Source: a bacterium
GTDB taxonomy: Bacteria > Elusimicrobiota > Elusimicrobia > UBA1565 > UBA9628
Length of the DNA stretch: 64,000 nucleotides
NCBI GenBank assembly: GCA_021810245.1
Contig: JAJZJF010000001.1
Location: forward strand, 5,582-69,581
Reading direction: 5' to 3'
Shown here: positions 28,007 to 37,989 of the stretch, piece by piece
How positions within the stretch are numbered: position 1 is the first letter of the stretch
Layout: each line of letters starts with the position of its first letter
The notes under the pieces: generated by a model
Told to the model about the DNA's origin: nothing
Databases searched by the model: none
What the model saw: the letters and a program-made list of their open reading frames with translations, nothing else
Made by a program: the position numbers and the translations under genes

Positions 28007-30187
28007 ATGAATCTTGACCTTCTCAACCCCGAACAAGCGCGCGCGGTTCTTCATAAAGAAGGCCCGCTCTTGGTTTTGGCCGCGGCGGGAACCGGAAAAA
28101 CTCGGGTCATCACTTACCGAATCGCGCGGCTTATCGAAGAAGGCGTTTCCCCCGAAAGAATCCTAGCCGTTACCTTCACAAACAAAGCCGCCGAGGAAAT
28201 GCGGCAAAGAATCGAGTCCTTGTCTCCCGGAAAGGGCGGCGCGGTCTGGGTTTTTACCTTCCACGGCTTCTGCGCGAAACTCTTGCGCCAACACTATGAG
28301 TTAGCCAAACTCAGCCGCCATTTCACGATTTACGATCAATCCGATCAGAAAAGACTGATCACCGAAGCGATGAAGGAACTCGGCTTCGATAAAGAGACCG
28401 CAAAGGCCTCAATGTATGCCGGAATTATCTCGCGCGCCAAAGACGATCTTTTAGACGCCGAGTCTTACGCCATCTATGCCGAAACGACCGTTGACTCTTC
28501 CAGAAAAACCGCCGCGAAAATTTACAGCGTTTATCAAAAGAAGCTGGAAAACGCGGGCGGAGTCGATTTTGGGGATCTCTTGCTTAAAGTTTGCTCTCTT
28601 TTAAAGGAACACCCTTCCATCCGCGAATACTACCAAGATTATTTCCGGCACATTCTCGTAGATGAATACCAAGACACCAACCACGCCCAATACATCATCA
28701 CCAAAACCCTGGCCGCTAAGCATAAAAATCTGTGCGTGGTCGGAGACGACGATCAAAGCGTTTATTCTTGGCGCGGAGCCGATATCCGAAACATCCTGGA
28801 ATTTGAGCGCGATTTCAAAGACACCGGCGTCGTCACCTTGGAACAAAATTATCGTTCGACCAAGCCGATTCTCGACGCCGCAGGGCGGGTCATCCGCAAT
28901 AACGGCAAGCGCAAAGCCAAAACCTTGTGGACCCAAAAAGAAGGCGGCAACGCCATCCACGTCCAAGAGTTAATGGATGAAAGAGAAGAGGCTTCCTGGG
29001 TCGTGCGCAAAATCGAAGAGGAAAAAAGAGCCGGACGCTCTCTGTCTGATTTCGCGATTTTTTACCGAACCAACGCTCAAAGCCGCTCTTTTGAAGAGGC
29101 CTTGCGCCGCGCCGGAATCAATTATCGTTTGATTGGGGCGATGCGCTTTTATCAAAGGCAAGAAATCAAGGACGCCCTGGCCTACGCGCGCGTAATTTTA
29201 AATCCGCGAGATGAAATTAGCCTGATGAGAATCGTCAATACGCCCCCCAGAGGAATCGGGAAAACCAGCCTTGAAAGAATCAAGGCTTACGCGAATTCTA
29301 AAAATTTAAGCGCTTTGGACGCCTTTAAGGCCGCCTCAGAAATCGAGAATCTAACGCCTTCTTGCCGCAAATCCTTGGCGGATCTAACTTCCTTTCTTGA
29401 GAAAATTCAAGCCGATTTGCCGTCTTTGTCGGCCAGCGCCGCGATGGCGCGTATTTTAGAAGAATCCCGATATTTTTCTTGGCTAGAACAAGAAAGCGAA
29501 ACCGATCTCGATGCCGCCTCTCGTCTCGCCAACGTTCAAGAACTTCTAAACTCAGTCAAGGAATACGAAGAAAGAAGACAGACCTCCGGTTCTTCCTTAA
29601 GCCTTAGCCAATATCTGGAAGAAATCTCCCTTCAAACCGACAATTTCGATGCGCCGGGAGTTGATGATTCAATAACGCTGATGACCATTCATCTTGCCAA
29701 GGGCCTTGAGTTTCCCGTCGTTTTTCTGACCGGTCTTGAAGAGGGGCTATTTCCAATCGGCTCGAATAACTCCTCTCAAGAGGAATTAGAAGAAGAAAGG
29801 CGGCTTTGCTATGTTGGGATGACGCGCGCAAAGGAAATGTTGTATTTGACCCATGCCTCGACTCGGCGCGTTTTCGGGCAAACCTATTCCAATATCCCTT
29901 CTCGCTTTATCATGGAAGCCCGGCTTGAAAGCGAATATTTACCGTCTTCCAAAAGACCGCCCGCGACGTCCGCGGCGACGGGCTCTTCTCTTGAGCCTCC
30001 AAACTCCTACGCGCAAAGAATGGGAGCGGCGCTGAAAGTGGGCTCTCGGGTTCGACACCCCCTTTTCGGCGCCGGAGAAGTCCTTGAAAAATCCGGCAGC
30101 GGAGAAGGCGCAAAAGCTCTCATTCGCTTTCAAAATGGGAGAATCGCCAAGCTCGTTTTGCGCTACGCCCCCTTGGAGGTTATTTGA
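28007..30187 (+). CDS. pcrA: ATP-dependent DNA helicase PcrA/UvrD
   Basis: Walker A AAAGTGKT, the UvrD motifs VDEYQDTN and TIHLAKGLEF, and a C-terminal domain are present. An alternative GTG start lies at 27989. Confidence 0.9.
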   Translation: MNLDLLNPEQARAVLHKEGPLLVLAAAGTGKTRVITYRIARLIEEGVSPERILAVTFTNKAAEEMRQRIESLSPGKGGAVWVFTFHGFCAKLLRQHYELAKLSRHFTIYDQSDQKRLITEAMKELGFDKETAKASMYAGIISRAKDDLLDAESYAIYAETTVDSSRKTAAKIYSVYQKKLENAGGVDFGDLLLKVCSLLKEHPSIREYYQDYFRHILVDEYQDTNHAQYIITKTLAAKHKNLCVVGDDDQSVYSWRGADIRNILEFERDFKDTGVVTLEQNYRSTKPILDAAGRVIRNNGKRKAKTLWTQKEGGNAIHVQELMDEREEASWVVRKIEEEKRAGRSLSDFAIFYRTNAQSRSFEEALRRAGINYRLIGAMRFYQRQEIKDALAYARVILNPRDEISLMRIVNTPPRGIGKTSLERIKAYANSKNLSALDAFKAASEIENLTPSCRKSLADLTSFLEKIQADLPSLSASAAMARILEESRYFSWLEQESETDLDAASRLANVQELLNSVKEYEERRQTSGSSLSLSQYLEEISLQTDNFDAPGVDDSITLMTIHLAKGLEFPVVFLTGLEEGLFPIGSNNSSQEELEEERRLCYVGMTRAKEMLYLTHASTRRVFGQTYSNIPSRFIMEARLESEYLPSSKRPPATSAATGSSLEPPNSYAQRMGAALKVGSRVRHPLFGAGEVLEKSGSGEGAKALIRFQNGRIAKLVLRYAPLEVI

Positions 30188-30486
30188 TGGAAAAATCTTC
30201 TCTGATTACGAAAGAAGACGTGCTTAAAATCGCTGCCTTGGCTAAATTGTCCTTGTCCGCCGATGAAGTTTCCCGCTACCAATCGCAATTCACAAAGATA
30301 TTGGACTCGATCGCGGAATTATCCCGTTTAAATGTGGAAAACGTCCCCCCAACATCTTCAGTCCTGGGTCTCAAAAATGCCTTGCGCGAGGATGAAATAG
30401 CGTCTTTTGAAAACATGGAAGCGCTGATCGATAACGCCCCGGAAAAAGACGGCCCTTATTTCAAAGTTCCTAAAATAATCGAATGA
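30187..30486 (+). CDS. gatC: Glu/Asp-tRNA amidotransferase subunit C
   Basis: MEKSSLITKEDVLKIAALAKLSLSADEV is GatC-like. The ATG overlaps the pcrA stop (TGATG). Confidence 0.85.
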   Translation: MEKSSLITKEDVLKIAALAKLSLSADEVSRYQSQFTKILDSIAELSRLNVENVPPTSSVLGLKNALREDEIASFENMEALIDNAPEKDGPYFKVPKIIE

Positions 30487-31946
30487 AACATTTAACTTCG
30501 CTCTCTGCCGCTCAAATCGCAAAAAACGTATCGGATGGAAGCCTGAAGGCCGAAGAAGTCGCCGCCGCTCACTTAAGCCGCATTACATCCGAAGATCCCA
30601 AGGTCAAGGCCTTTATAGCCGTCTTGGAAGAAGACGCGCTTGAAGCCGCCCGTCAAATTGATTCAAAAAGGGCTCAGGGAAAAAAACTCGGCAAATTAGC
30701 CGGAGTTCCCATCGCCATCAAAGACAATATTTTAGTTAAAGGCGTTGAGACCACCTGCGCCTCTAAAATTCTCAAGGGCTTTAAAGCCCCTTACGACGCG
30801 ACCATTATTGAAAAACTCAAACAAGAAGACGCCATCGTTATCGGAAAAACCAATCTCGATGAGTTTGCCATGGGCTCATCCAACGAGAATTCCGCTTTTT
30901 TTAAAACTAGAAATCCCTGGAATTTAGACGCCGTTCCCGGAGGTTCCTCGGGAGGATCAGCCGCGGCGGTCGCAGCCAAAATGGCGCCTTTATCCTTAGG
31001 ATCGGACACCGGAGGATCTATCAGGCAACCCGCCGCATTCTGCGGCTTAGTGGGACTTAAGCCCACCTACGGCCTTGTCTCCAGATACGGCCTTATCGCC
31101 TTTGCCTCGTCTCTTGACCAAATCGGCCCCATGGCCCGAAGCGTCGAAGACGCCGCTCTTTTATTATCCTCTATCGCGGGACACGATTTAAAGGATTCGA
31201 CCTCTTCTCCTCAAGCCCCTACCCATTTTTCGGGAAAGCCGCTTGAAAGCGCCCGCGGGCTTAGAATCGGAATGCCAAGGGAATATTTCGCCGAGGGTCT
31301 TGATCCTGAAATCCGAAAATCCGTTTGGAACGCCGTCAATTTCCTAAAAACCATCGGCGCTGAAGTCAAAGACGTCTCTCTGCCGCATACCGCTTATGCC
31401 GTCGCAACCTATTATATCATCGCGCCATCCGAAGCCGCCTCAAATCTCGCCCGATTTGATGGAGTCCGCTATGGGCGCCGCGCGCAAGACGCTAGAAGCC
31501 TGTCAGAGCTCTACGAAAAAACCCGCGGGGAAGGTTTTGGCCCTGAGGTTAAAAGGCGCATCATGCTGGGAACCTACGCCTTAAGTTCTGGTTATTATGA
31601 CGCCTATTATAACCGCGCGCAAAAAGCGCGAACCTTGATCGCCCAAGACTTTGAAAACGTTTTTAAGGAAGTCGATTTTCTTGCCACCCCCACCACTCCC
31701 ACGGCCGCCTTTAAATTCGGCGAAAAATCTTCCGACCCAGTGGCGATGTATTTATCGGATATCTTTACGATACCTTCTAATCTCGCCGGAAACGCCAGCC
31801 TCTCTATTCCCTGCGGGTTGACCAAAGAGCATTTGCCCATCGGGCTTCAGCTGATCGCGCCGGCCTTTCAAGATGAAAAATTATTGGCGCTCGCGGCCAC
31901 CGTAGAAAAGGCCGTTTGTTTCCCGCAACTCACTGGACACGGATGA
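30483..31946 (+). CDS. gatA: Glu/Asp-tRNA amidotransferase subunit A
   Basis: Amidase signature GVPIAIKDNI and GGSSGGSAAAVA. It overlaps gatC (ATGA). Confidence 0.93.
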   Translation: MKHLTSLSAAQIAKNVSDGSLKAEEVAAAHLSRITSEDPKVKAFIAVLEEDALEAARQIDSKRAQGKKLGKLAGVPIAIKDNILVKGVETTCASKILKGFKAPYDATIIEKLKQEDAIVIGKTNLDEFAMGSSNENSAFFKTRNPWNLDAVPGGSSGGSAAAVAAKMAPLSLGSDTGGSIRQPAAFCGLVGLKPTYGLVSRYGLIAFASSLDQIGPMARSVEDAALLLSSIAGHDLKDSTSSPQAPTHFSGKPLESARGLRIGMPREYFAEGLDPEIRKSVWNAVNFLKTIGAEVKDVSLPHTAYAVATYYIIAPSEAASNLARFDGVRYGRRAQDARSLSELYEKTRGEGFGPEVKRRIMLGTYALSSGYYDAYYNRAQKARTLIAQDFENVFKEVDFLATPTTPTAAFKFGEKSSDPVAMYLSDIFTIPSNLAGNASLSIPCGLTKEHLPIGLQLIAPAFQDEKLLALAATVEKAVCFPQLTGHG

Positions 31947-31956
31947 AAACGGACTG

Positions 31957-33120
31957 ATGGAAGCGCCAAAGCAATCAGAATGGAAGCAGCCAATAGAACC
32001 TCCATCAAGAGAGGCGCCAACAAGTACACCGCTAGTGCACAGGGCCTCTCCCACGGCACAGGGCTACTTGTTTGAGGATAATTCGCCTCCTCATATGCCG
32101 TCAGTGCAGTTTCTTGGCAATAAGGAAAAATTATTGCCTTGGATTTTTAGTTTCGTGCCAACTTCAACTTTACAGAAACCCTTGCGTTTCCTTGATGGTT
32201 TTTCCGGTTCAGCCGTAGTATCATATGAAGCCAAGCGCAGAGGATTTCAGGTCACTAGTAATGATCTATTGCAATCGTGTTGGCAATCGGCGGCAGGCCT
32301 AATAGAAAACGGGACAAATACGCTCTCATTGGCGAAAGCAGAGCGTTTATTCGAGCGCCCCACTGGGGCAAGCGAAATGATGAGACGCCTATTCGCCGGA
32401 CGATTTTTTACGGAATCCGAAGCTGGGTTGCTGGATTCCTTCCGATCCAACGTAGAAATATTGCCGGCGGCTACACAAGCGCTCGCGATGGCGGTGATGA
32501 ATCGCGCTTTAACGCGAAAAATTTTGATGGGGCATTTTGCCCATTGCCAAGCGTTAAGATATGCCGCCGATCCCACGCGAATTCGGCGTAATCCTAGTAT
32601 TGCTAAACCTATTCAGCAATTGTTCTTTGATCTCCTGCCAGAGTTTAATCAAGCGGTATTTGATAATGGTTTAGCGCATCGCGCGCATAACATGGATTTG
32701 CTGGAGTTATTGCATGATGAAGCAGATTTTGATGTGGCATATTTTGATCCGCCATACTGCATGAGTCATAGCGATTACCAATCGTTCTACCACCTATTAG
32801 AGACCTTTTCGCGCCGATGGACGAACAAAGAATTTGTTGGGGGCACTAATCGATACTGGCCTCCTCTAGGCACCGACTTTGACAAAAAAGCGACAGTAAT
32901 TGATGCCTTCGGTAGACTGTTCAAATTAGCGGCTCCCATTCCATTATGGCTGATCTCATACAACGACAGAAGCTATCCCAATGTGGAAATGTTTCATAAC
33001 CTATTATTGGCGACCGGACGAACGATAGAAGTTCATCGTTATCAATACCAAAATAGCCGCGGCGGAAAAGGTTCGGTTAAGGGCTCTCACGAAATTTTGT
33101 TTGTGGCGCGCAATGAATAA
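31957..33120 (+). CDS. Dam-like (D12 class) N6-adenine DNA methyltransferase
   Basis: Motif I is FLDGFSGSAVV, motif IV is DPPY (AYFDPPYC), and the N-terminus FLGNKEKLLPWI is Dam-like. GC is low. An alternative ATG start at 32095 removes a low-complexity leader of about 46 aa. Confidence 0.75.
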   Translation: MEAPKQSEWKQPIEPPSREAPTSTPLVHRASPTAQGYLFEDNSPPHMPSVQFLGNKEKLLPWIFSFVPTSTLQKPLRFLDGFSGSAVVSYEAKRRGFQVTSNDLLQSCWQSAAGLIENGTNTLSLAKAERLFERPTGASEMMRRLFAGRFFTESEAGLLDSFRSNVEILPAATQALAMAVMNRALTRKILMGHFAHCQALRYAADPTRIRRNPSIAKPIQQLFFDLLPEFNQAVFDNGLAHRAHNMDLLELLHDEADFDVAYFDPPYCMSHSDYQSFYHLLETFSRRWTNKEFVGGTNRYWPPLGTDFDKKATVIDAFGRLFKLAAPIPLWLISYNDRSYPNVEMFHNLLLATGRTIEVHRYQYQNSRGGKGSVKGSHEILFVARNE

Positions 33121-34198
33121 ATTTGAACATTGGTTGAAATGTTACGAAACGGATGATTTATTGCCGTTTACAGAGAACGCCGACGCTTTGCTTTGGTTAA
33201 AACTCAAATCCATTGCGCGAAGAGAATACCTGAATGGGTTTTTGCATTACAGTGGGGTAAAATTAAAACAGGGCACGTTAAGAGAGCAATGGCGAGAGCT
33301 GTTTATTGCATTACATCAGCGACATGATGCGCATTCATTGCTGGACGCTTTTATTCGCGAGCAAGATCGCCGCATAGCGTTAGCTTTACCTGTTCAGCAA
33401 CTAGTTTCCGAACTTTATAAAATGCGTTCCTTTGACTGGGGCGGAAACTATCAGAATAATTTAGACCGTTTCTTGGTGGATCGCTATATCAAGAATATTC
33501 CGTCGTTTGATATTCTTTCGTCCAAGATGCAAACAGAAATTGCGGCGAGCGTTTCCGGCTATGTGTTGTGCTCATGGTATAACCACTGGTCATCCATTTT
33601 AATCGAGCATTTATTCAAGCAATCCCCAAAAGTCCTGCCGACAATCGGCATGATAAAAAAAGTTGATTTTTTTGTTGATCAAGTGCCGTTCGATCTAAAG
33701 GTAACTTATCTGCCACAGGGTTACATCTCAGAGCAACGCAAGGCGATGGGACTAAAGCCTGAACTAACGGAGCTAAAAGAATATGCGCGCGCTGAAAAGA
33801 TATCTTTCGATAAAACCGTCGACGGCCCAACGCAAACATATGAGATTACACAAAAATTACTTGATGTGGGAAGTTCTAATGCAGGACAGATTCAGCGCAT
33901 CAGGACTCTCATTCTAAAGCAGGCAATGAAATCGCCAAAACTCTTGGCACGTTGGTTATATGAAAATCAAGGCGAACGCCGATTTGACGCTTCAAATCGC
34001 ATTTTTCTAGTTATGGTGGATACCACAGATTGGGATGCAAGTTGGAAACTAAAACGAAATTTAGGCGCGCTTAAGCCATCAATTGATGGCTGGATTAATT
34101 CGTTTGACCGCAAGAAGTTAGAACGTTTGAAGATGGAATTTAGTTTCGCAGGAAAACCATATGGGTGTTTTTCTGACGTTATCTTTATTGTGCGATAA
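33113..34198 (+). CDS. Hypothetical protein, candidate cognate Type II restriction endonuclease
   Basis: It overlaps the MTase stop (ATGAATAA) and shares the same AT-rich composition. VDFFVDQVPFDLKV is a possible PD-(D/E)xK element. No other domain was recognised. Confidence 0.4.
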   Translation: MNKFEHWLKCYETDDLLPFTENADALLWLKLKSIARREYLNGFLHYSGVKLKQGTLREQWRELFIALHQRHDAHSLLDAFIREQDRRIALALPVQQLVSELYKMRSFDWGGNYQNNLDRFLVDRYIKNIPSFDILSSKMQTEIAASVSGYVLCSWYNHWSSILIEHLFKQSPKVLPTIGMIKKVDFFVDQVPFDLKVTYLPQGYISEQRKAMGLKPELTELKEYARAEKISFDKTVDGPTQTYEITQKLLDVGSSNAGQIQRIRTLILKQAMKSPKLLARWLYENQGERRFDASNRIFLVMVDTTDWDASWKLKRNLGALKPSIDGWINSFDRKKLERLKMEFSFAGKPYGCFSDVIFIVR

Positions 34199-34204
34199 TT
34201 CTAA

Positions 34205-34612
34205 ATGGATAAAGAACAATCGGCGGGTGGAGTTCTCAGTAAAAATGGCAAGCTCATGCTAGTCCGCGTCAAGAATCTCATGGGAGAAAAAGTTTGGACT
34301 TTTCCGAAAGGGCATATCGAAAAAAACGAGACCCCTCGGAAAGCCGCTCTCAGAGAGGTTTGGGAAGAGACTGGCTGGGAATGCAAAATTATCCGCCCCC
34401 TTTTTCTCGCCCGCTATAGTTTTGAGAGAAACGGCAAGCCGGTCTCTAAAACCGTCCGCTGGTATCTCATGGAACCGCTTTTAAAATCAGGACGCCCGAT
34501 GGCGGGCGAAATTTTTTCGGCCCAATGGCTGAGTCCTAAACTCGCCGAAAAAAGGCTTAAATACAAATCGGACCTCAAACTTTTAAGCCTCTGGAAAAAA
34601 CTAGCTCAATGA
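34205..34612 (+). CDS. NUDIX hydrolase
   Basis: Nudix box GHIEKNETPRKAALREVWEETG. Confidence 0.85.
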   Translation: MDKEQSAGGVLSKNGKLMLVRVKNLMGEKVWTFPKGHIEKNETPRKAALREVWEETGWECKIIRPLFLARYSFERNGKPVSKTVRWYLMEPLLKSGRPMAGEIFSAQWLSPKLAEKRLKYKSDLKLLSLWKKLAQ

Positions 34613-34629
34613 TAGAACGGAAGGAAACC

Positions 34630-36054
34630 ATGACAGAATCTTTTGATATGGTCGTCGGACTCGAAGTCCATGTGCAACTCGCAACAAAAACAAAACTTTT
34701 TTGCGCCTGTTCCAATGACGGTTTTGGCGCTCCCCCCAATAGCCGGGTTTGTCCGGTCTGCACCGGCCAGCCCGGGGCCTTGCCGGTTCTTAACAAAAAA
34801 GCCGTGGAATTGGCTTTCAAGGCGGCTTTGGCTTTAAATGGGAAGCTCGCGCACAAATCCATTTTCGCGCGCAAAAATTATTTCTATCCCGATCTGCCAA
34901 AGGCCTATCAAATCTCCCAATATGACGAACCTTTTTGTTTGGGCGGAGAAGTCCCCTTGCGCCTCAAAGGCGGAAAAATGAAAATCGTCGAATTGGCACG
35001 CATCCATATGGAAGAAGACGCGGGAAAGCTTCTCCATGCCATCGGGTCCCAAGCCTTGAATTATTCCTTGGTTGATTTCAACCGCGGCGGGGTTCCCCTC
35101 ATTGAAATCGTCTCAAAGCCCGAAATTTTTTCAAGCGATGAGGCCTACGCTTATCTGACCGGCCTCAAAGAAATTCTTCAATATGCCCGCGTTTCCAACT
35201 GCGACATGGAGAAAGGCGAGATGAGATGCGACGCCAACATTTCTTTAAGACCAAAAGGTTCTACCAAACTTGGCACGCGAGCCGAAATCAAAAATCTCAA
35301 TTCATTTAAAAACGTCAAAGACGCCTTGGAATATGAACTTCTGCGCCAAGCCGATGTTCTTTCCTCAGGCGGTAAAATTATCCAGGAAACGCGGCTTTGG
35401 AACGGGAAAGAAACCGTCTCAATGCGCTCAAAAGAAGAAGCCCACGATTATCGCTATTTCCCCGATCCGGATCTGGTCCCCATAGACCTTTCTCCTGAAT
35501 GGATCGAAAAACTTAAGTCCGAGATTCCAGAACTTCCGCAATCCCGCCGCGCGCGCTTTGTTTCGGATTACCATTTATCCCCATATGAAGCCGAGGTCTT
35601 GGTCTCAGATCAAAGAACATCGGATTATTTTATCGAGGTTTTGAAGTTTCCTGAAGCTCAAAATGACGCGGGAGTGTTAGCCAAACTCATCATGAATATC
35701 CCTGATTTTGATCCCATTTTGCCGGAACAGATGGCCTCTCTCGTTGGCCTTTGCCATCAAAAAACCATCACCCTCAATCAGGCCAAAGAAATTTATCCCG
35801 AAATTCTCAAATCAAAAAAAGACCCGAAGATTCTAGTGGAAGAGAAAGGCTTAGCCCAGGTTTTAGACGAAAAAATTTTACGGGATTGGGTGCGAGAGGC
35901 TCTGGCCGCAAACCCAAAGGCGATATCGGATATCAAGGGCGGCAAAAAACAAGCCGCAGGGGCCTTGGTCGGGGCGGTGATGAAATTATCCAAGGGCAAA
36001 GCCAATCCCGCCTTGGTCAACAAACTCATATTCGAGGGGATTGACAAAGCGTAA
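34630..36054 (+). CDS. gatB: Glu/Asp-tRNA amidotransferase subunit B
   Basis: MTESFDMVVGLEVHVQL is the GatB N-terminus, with a GGAAGGA RBS 5 nt upstream. An alternative start at 34609 overlaps the Nudix stop (ATGA). Confidence 0.92.
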   Translation: MTESFDMVVGLEVHVQLATKTKLFCACSNDGFGAPPNSRVCPVCTGQPGALPVLNKKAVELAFKAALALNGKLAHKSIFARKNYFYPDLPKAYQISQYDEPFCLGGEVPLRLKGGKMKIVELARIHMEEDAGKLLHAIGSQALNYSLVDFNRGGVPLIEIVSKPEIFSSDEAYAYLTGLKEILQYARVSNCDMEKGEMRCDANISLRPKGSTKLGTRAEIKNLNSFKNVKDALEYELLRQADVLSSGGKIIQETRLWNGKETVSMRSKEEAHDYRYFPDPDLVPIDLSPEWIEKLKSEIPELPQSRRARFVSDYHLSPYEAEVLVSDQRTSDYFIEVLKFPEAQNDAGVLAKLIMNIPDFDPILPEQMASLVGLCHQKTITLNQAKEIYPEILKSKKDPKILVEEKGLAQVLDEKILRDWVREALAANPKAISDIKGGKKQAAGALVGAVMKLSKGKANPALVNKLIFEGIDKA

Positions 36055-36158
36055 TTTTAGGGATATACTCTTTGACAAGCAGGTCATGGGTGACAGAATT
36101 CGCCGATACGGCTATTTTTCCCCGTGATTCATTATAACGGCGAAAAGGGGGTCATACC

Positions 36159-36623
36159 ATGAAGGAAACAAAAGCAGTGAAAGGAGCGCGGGCTTCGGGA
36201 TTCACGCTCATTGAACTAATGATCGTGGTCGCTATTATCGGTATTTTGGCGGCTATCGCCATACCGAAGTTCGCGAATCTTATCAGGCAGTCTCAAGAAG
36301 GAGCGACGAAAGGAAACCTGTCAGGGATCCGCTCGGCGTTGAGCATCTATTACGGAGATAACACCGGAGTTTATCCGACGGATCTCCCAGGGCTCACCGT
36401 CAACGGAAAGTATCTGTCGGTCATCCCGAACGCGACCATTCCTCCGTATCACACGGCCACTTCCCTTGATGTCAACGAGGCGACATCTGGCGGCGGCCCT
36501 GGAGCGGCAACTGATAATGGAGAATGGCTCTACGACAGCCTTTCAACCGATGGCAATTACGGTGGAGTATGGGTGAGTTGCACACACACCGATACCCATG
36601 GGACAACCTGGACGACCTATTAA
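36159..36623 (+). CDS. Type IV pilin / pseudopilin (prepilin-type N-terminal methylation domain)
   Basis: GFTLIELMIVVAIIGILAAIAIP matches the class III signal peptide and N-methylation motif. Confidence 0.85.
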   Translation: MKETKAVKGARASGFTLIELMIVVAIIGILAAIAIPKFANLIRQSQEGATKGNLSGIRSALSIYYGDNTGVYPTDLPGLTVNGKYLSVIPNATIPPYHTATSLDVNEATSGGGPGAATDNGEWLYDSLSTDGNYGGVWVSCTHTDTHGTTWTTY

Positions 36624-36647
36624 TTCTGAGTTAAACCAGACAGGTCA

Positions 36648-36680
36648 AGGGCCCCTCCCCAAGAGGGGCCCTTCTTCTTA
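36648..36680 (+). terminator. Rho-independent terminator after the pilin gene
   Basis: A 10-bp perfect stem agggcccctc / gaggggccct with loop cccaa is followed by a T-rich tail tcttctt. Confidence 0.6.
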
Positions 36681-36683
36681 ACG

Positions 36684-37493
36684 ATGATTAAATCTCTGAT
36701 CACTCAACAAAGCCGTCTTCATATCTCTCATTGGGGCGGAACGGGAAGGCCCATCCTCTTGGTTCATGGACTTGCCGGAAGCGTGTCTTGGTGGGACCAG
36801 GTATGTCCATTACTCAAAGACGATTTTGAAGTCGCGGCCCTAGACCTCTCGGGACACGGAGACAGCGCTTGGTCTAAAGACGGACAATACGCGATGGATT
36901 TATTTCTATCGAATATCGACGAAGCCAAAGAATTTCTCAACTGGGAAAAATTTATTCTCGTGGGCCACTCCTTGGGAGCCCGAATCAGCGTCGAATACGC
37001 CTCCCGCGCGAGCCCTTCTTTAGAAGGCCTCATCGCCATTGATTTCATGCCTCGCGTAAAAGAGTCTAGTCCAAGATTCTCAAAACTCGCTGGATTGCGC
37101 CAACCCGTTTTTTCAAGTCAAGAAGCGATGATCAGCCGCTTTCATCTGCAACCACGAGGAACAAATCTTTCCGAACCAGAAATGAAAGAATTGGCTAAAA
37201 AGTTAATCATGCCTTGGAAAAACGGCTTTAGCTGGAAATGCGATTGGAGAGCTTTTTTAACCCGTTACGATTCTGTCTGGCCGCTTTTACCCCGGATTCA
37301 AACGCCCAGCTTAATCATCCGTGGAGAGTTCAGCCCCATCATGGACCGGGAAGACATTGAAAAAGTCTGCCAGCAAATAGCCAGAAGCGAATCGCTAGAA
37401 ATTCCGGGCGCTTACCATCACGTGCCTCTCGACGCGCCAGAAAAGACAGCGGAAGCAATTTTTCATTTCACACAGAAACTGGTTTCTCTATGA
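36684..37493 (+). CDS. Alpha/beta hydrolase
   Basis: It has HGLAGS and the nucleophile elbow VGHSLGA, in an alpha/beta hydrolase fold. Confidence 0.7.
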   Translation: MIKSLITQQSRLHISHWGGTGRPILLVHGLAGSVSWWDQVCPLLKDDFEVAALDLSGHGDSAWSKDGQYAMDLFLSNIDEAKEFLNWEKFILVGHSLGARISVEYASRASPSLEGLIAIDFMPRVKESSPRFSKLAGLRQPVFSSQEAMISRFHLQPRGTNLSEPEMKELAKKLIMPWKNGFSWKCDWRAFLTRYDSVWPLLPRIQTPSLIIRGEFSPIMDREDIEKVCQQIARSESLEIPGAYHHVPLDAPEKTAEAIFHFTQKLVSL

Positions 37494-37942
37494 TGGAGTC
37501 TCACTTTGTCGCCACAGGATATGTCGTTAAAAATGGGAAAACCCTTCTTTTGCTCCATAAGAAATTAGGATTTTGGCTCCCGCCCGGAGGGCACATTGAA
37601 GAAAATGAAAATCCGATTAAAGCTCTCCTGCGGGAAGTGCGGGAAGAAACCGGACTTAAAGTTAAAATTCTATCGCCCTTGATTTCCCCTCCTCCCAAGG
37701 AAAAAGACGTCAAGTTTCTTAACGTTCCCAATCACTTTCAGATGGAAACATTGCCCGGGCACGGAATTCATTTTGATCTCGTCTATTTTTGCAAACCCAT
37801 CGGAGGCCGGGAAAAGTTTTCCATCCAAGAAAGCCGCGACATGAAATGGTTCTCTCCCAAAGATCTGGCTTTGCCTCAAATACGCGATGAAGTCAGGCGC
37901 GTGGCCCTTCAAGCCATTAATTACGTCAAAAAAGCCCGATAA
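37490..37942 (+). CDS. NUDIX hydrolase
   Basis: Nudix box GGHIEENENPIKALLREVREETGL. Confidence 0.85.
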   Translation: MMESHFVATGYVVKNGKTLLLLHKKLGFWLPPGGHIEENENPIKALLREVREETGLKVKILSPLISPPPKEKDVKFLNVPNHFQMETLPGHGIHFDLVYFCKPIGGREKFSIQESRDMKWFSPKDLALPQIRDEVRRVALQAINYVKKAR

Positions 37943-37989
37943 ACTCCTAGAAATAGCCATCTTGGCGGGATTTTTGCTAATCTAAAATA

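Noticed and set aside
36061-36158. Possible promoter TTGACA upstream of the pilin gene
   Set aside because: A -35-like hexamer is present, but I found no convincing -10 at proper spacing, so it is not reported as a feature.
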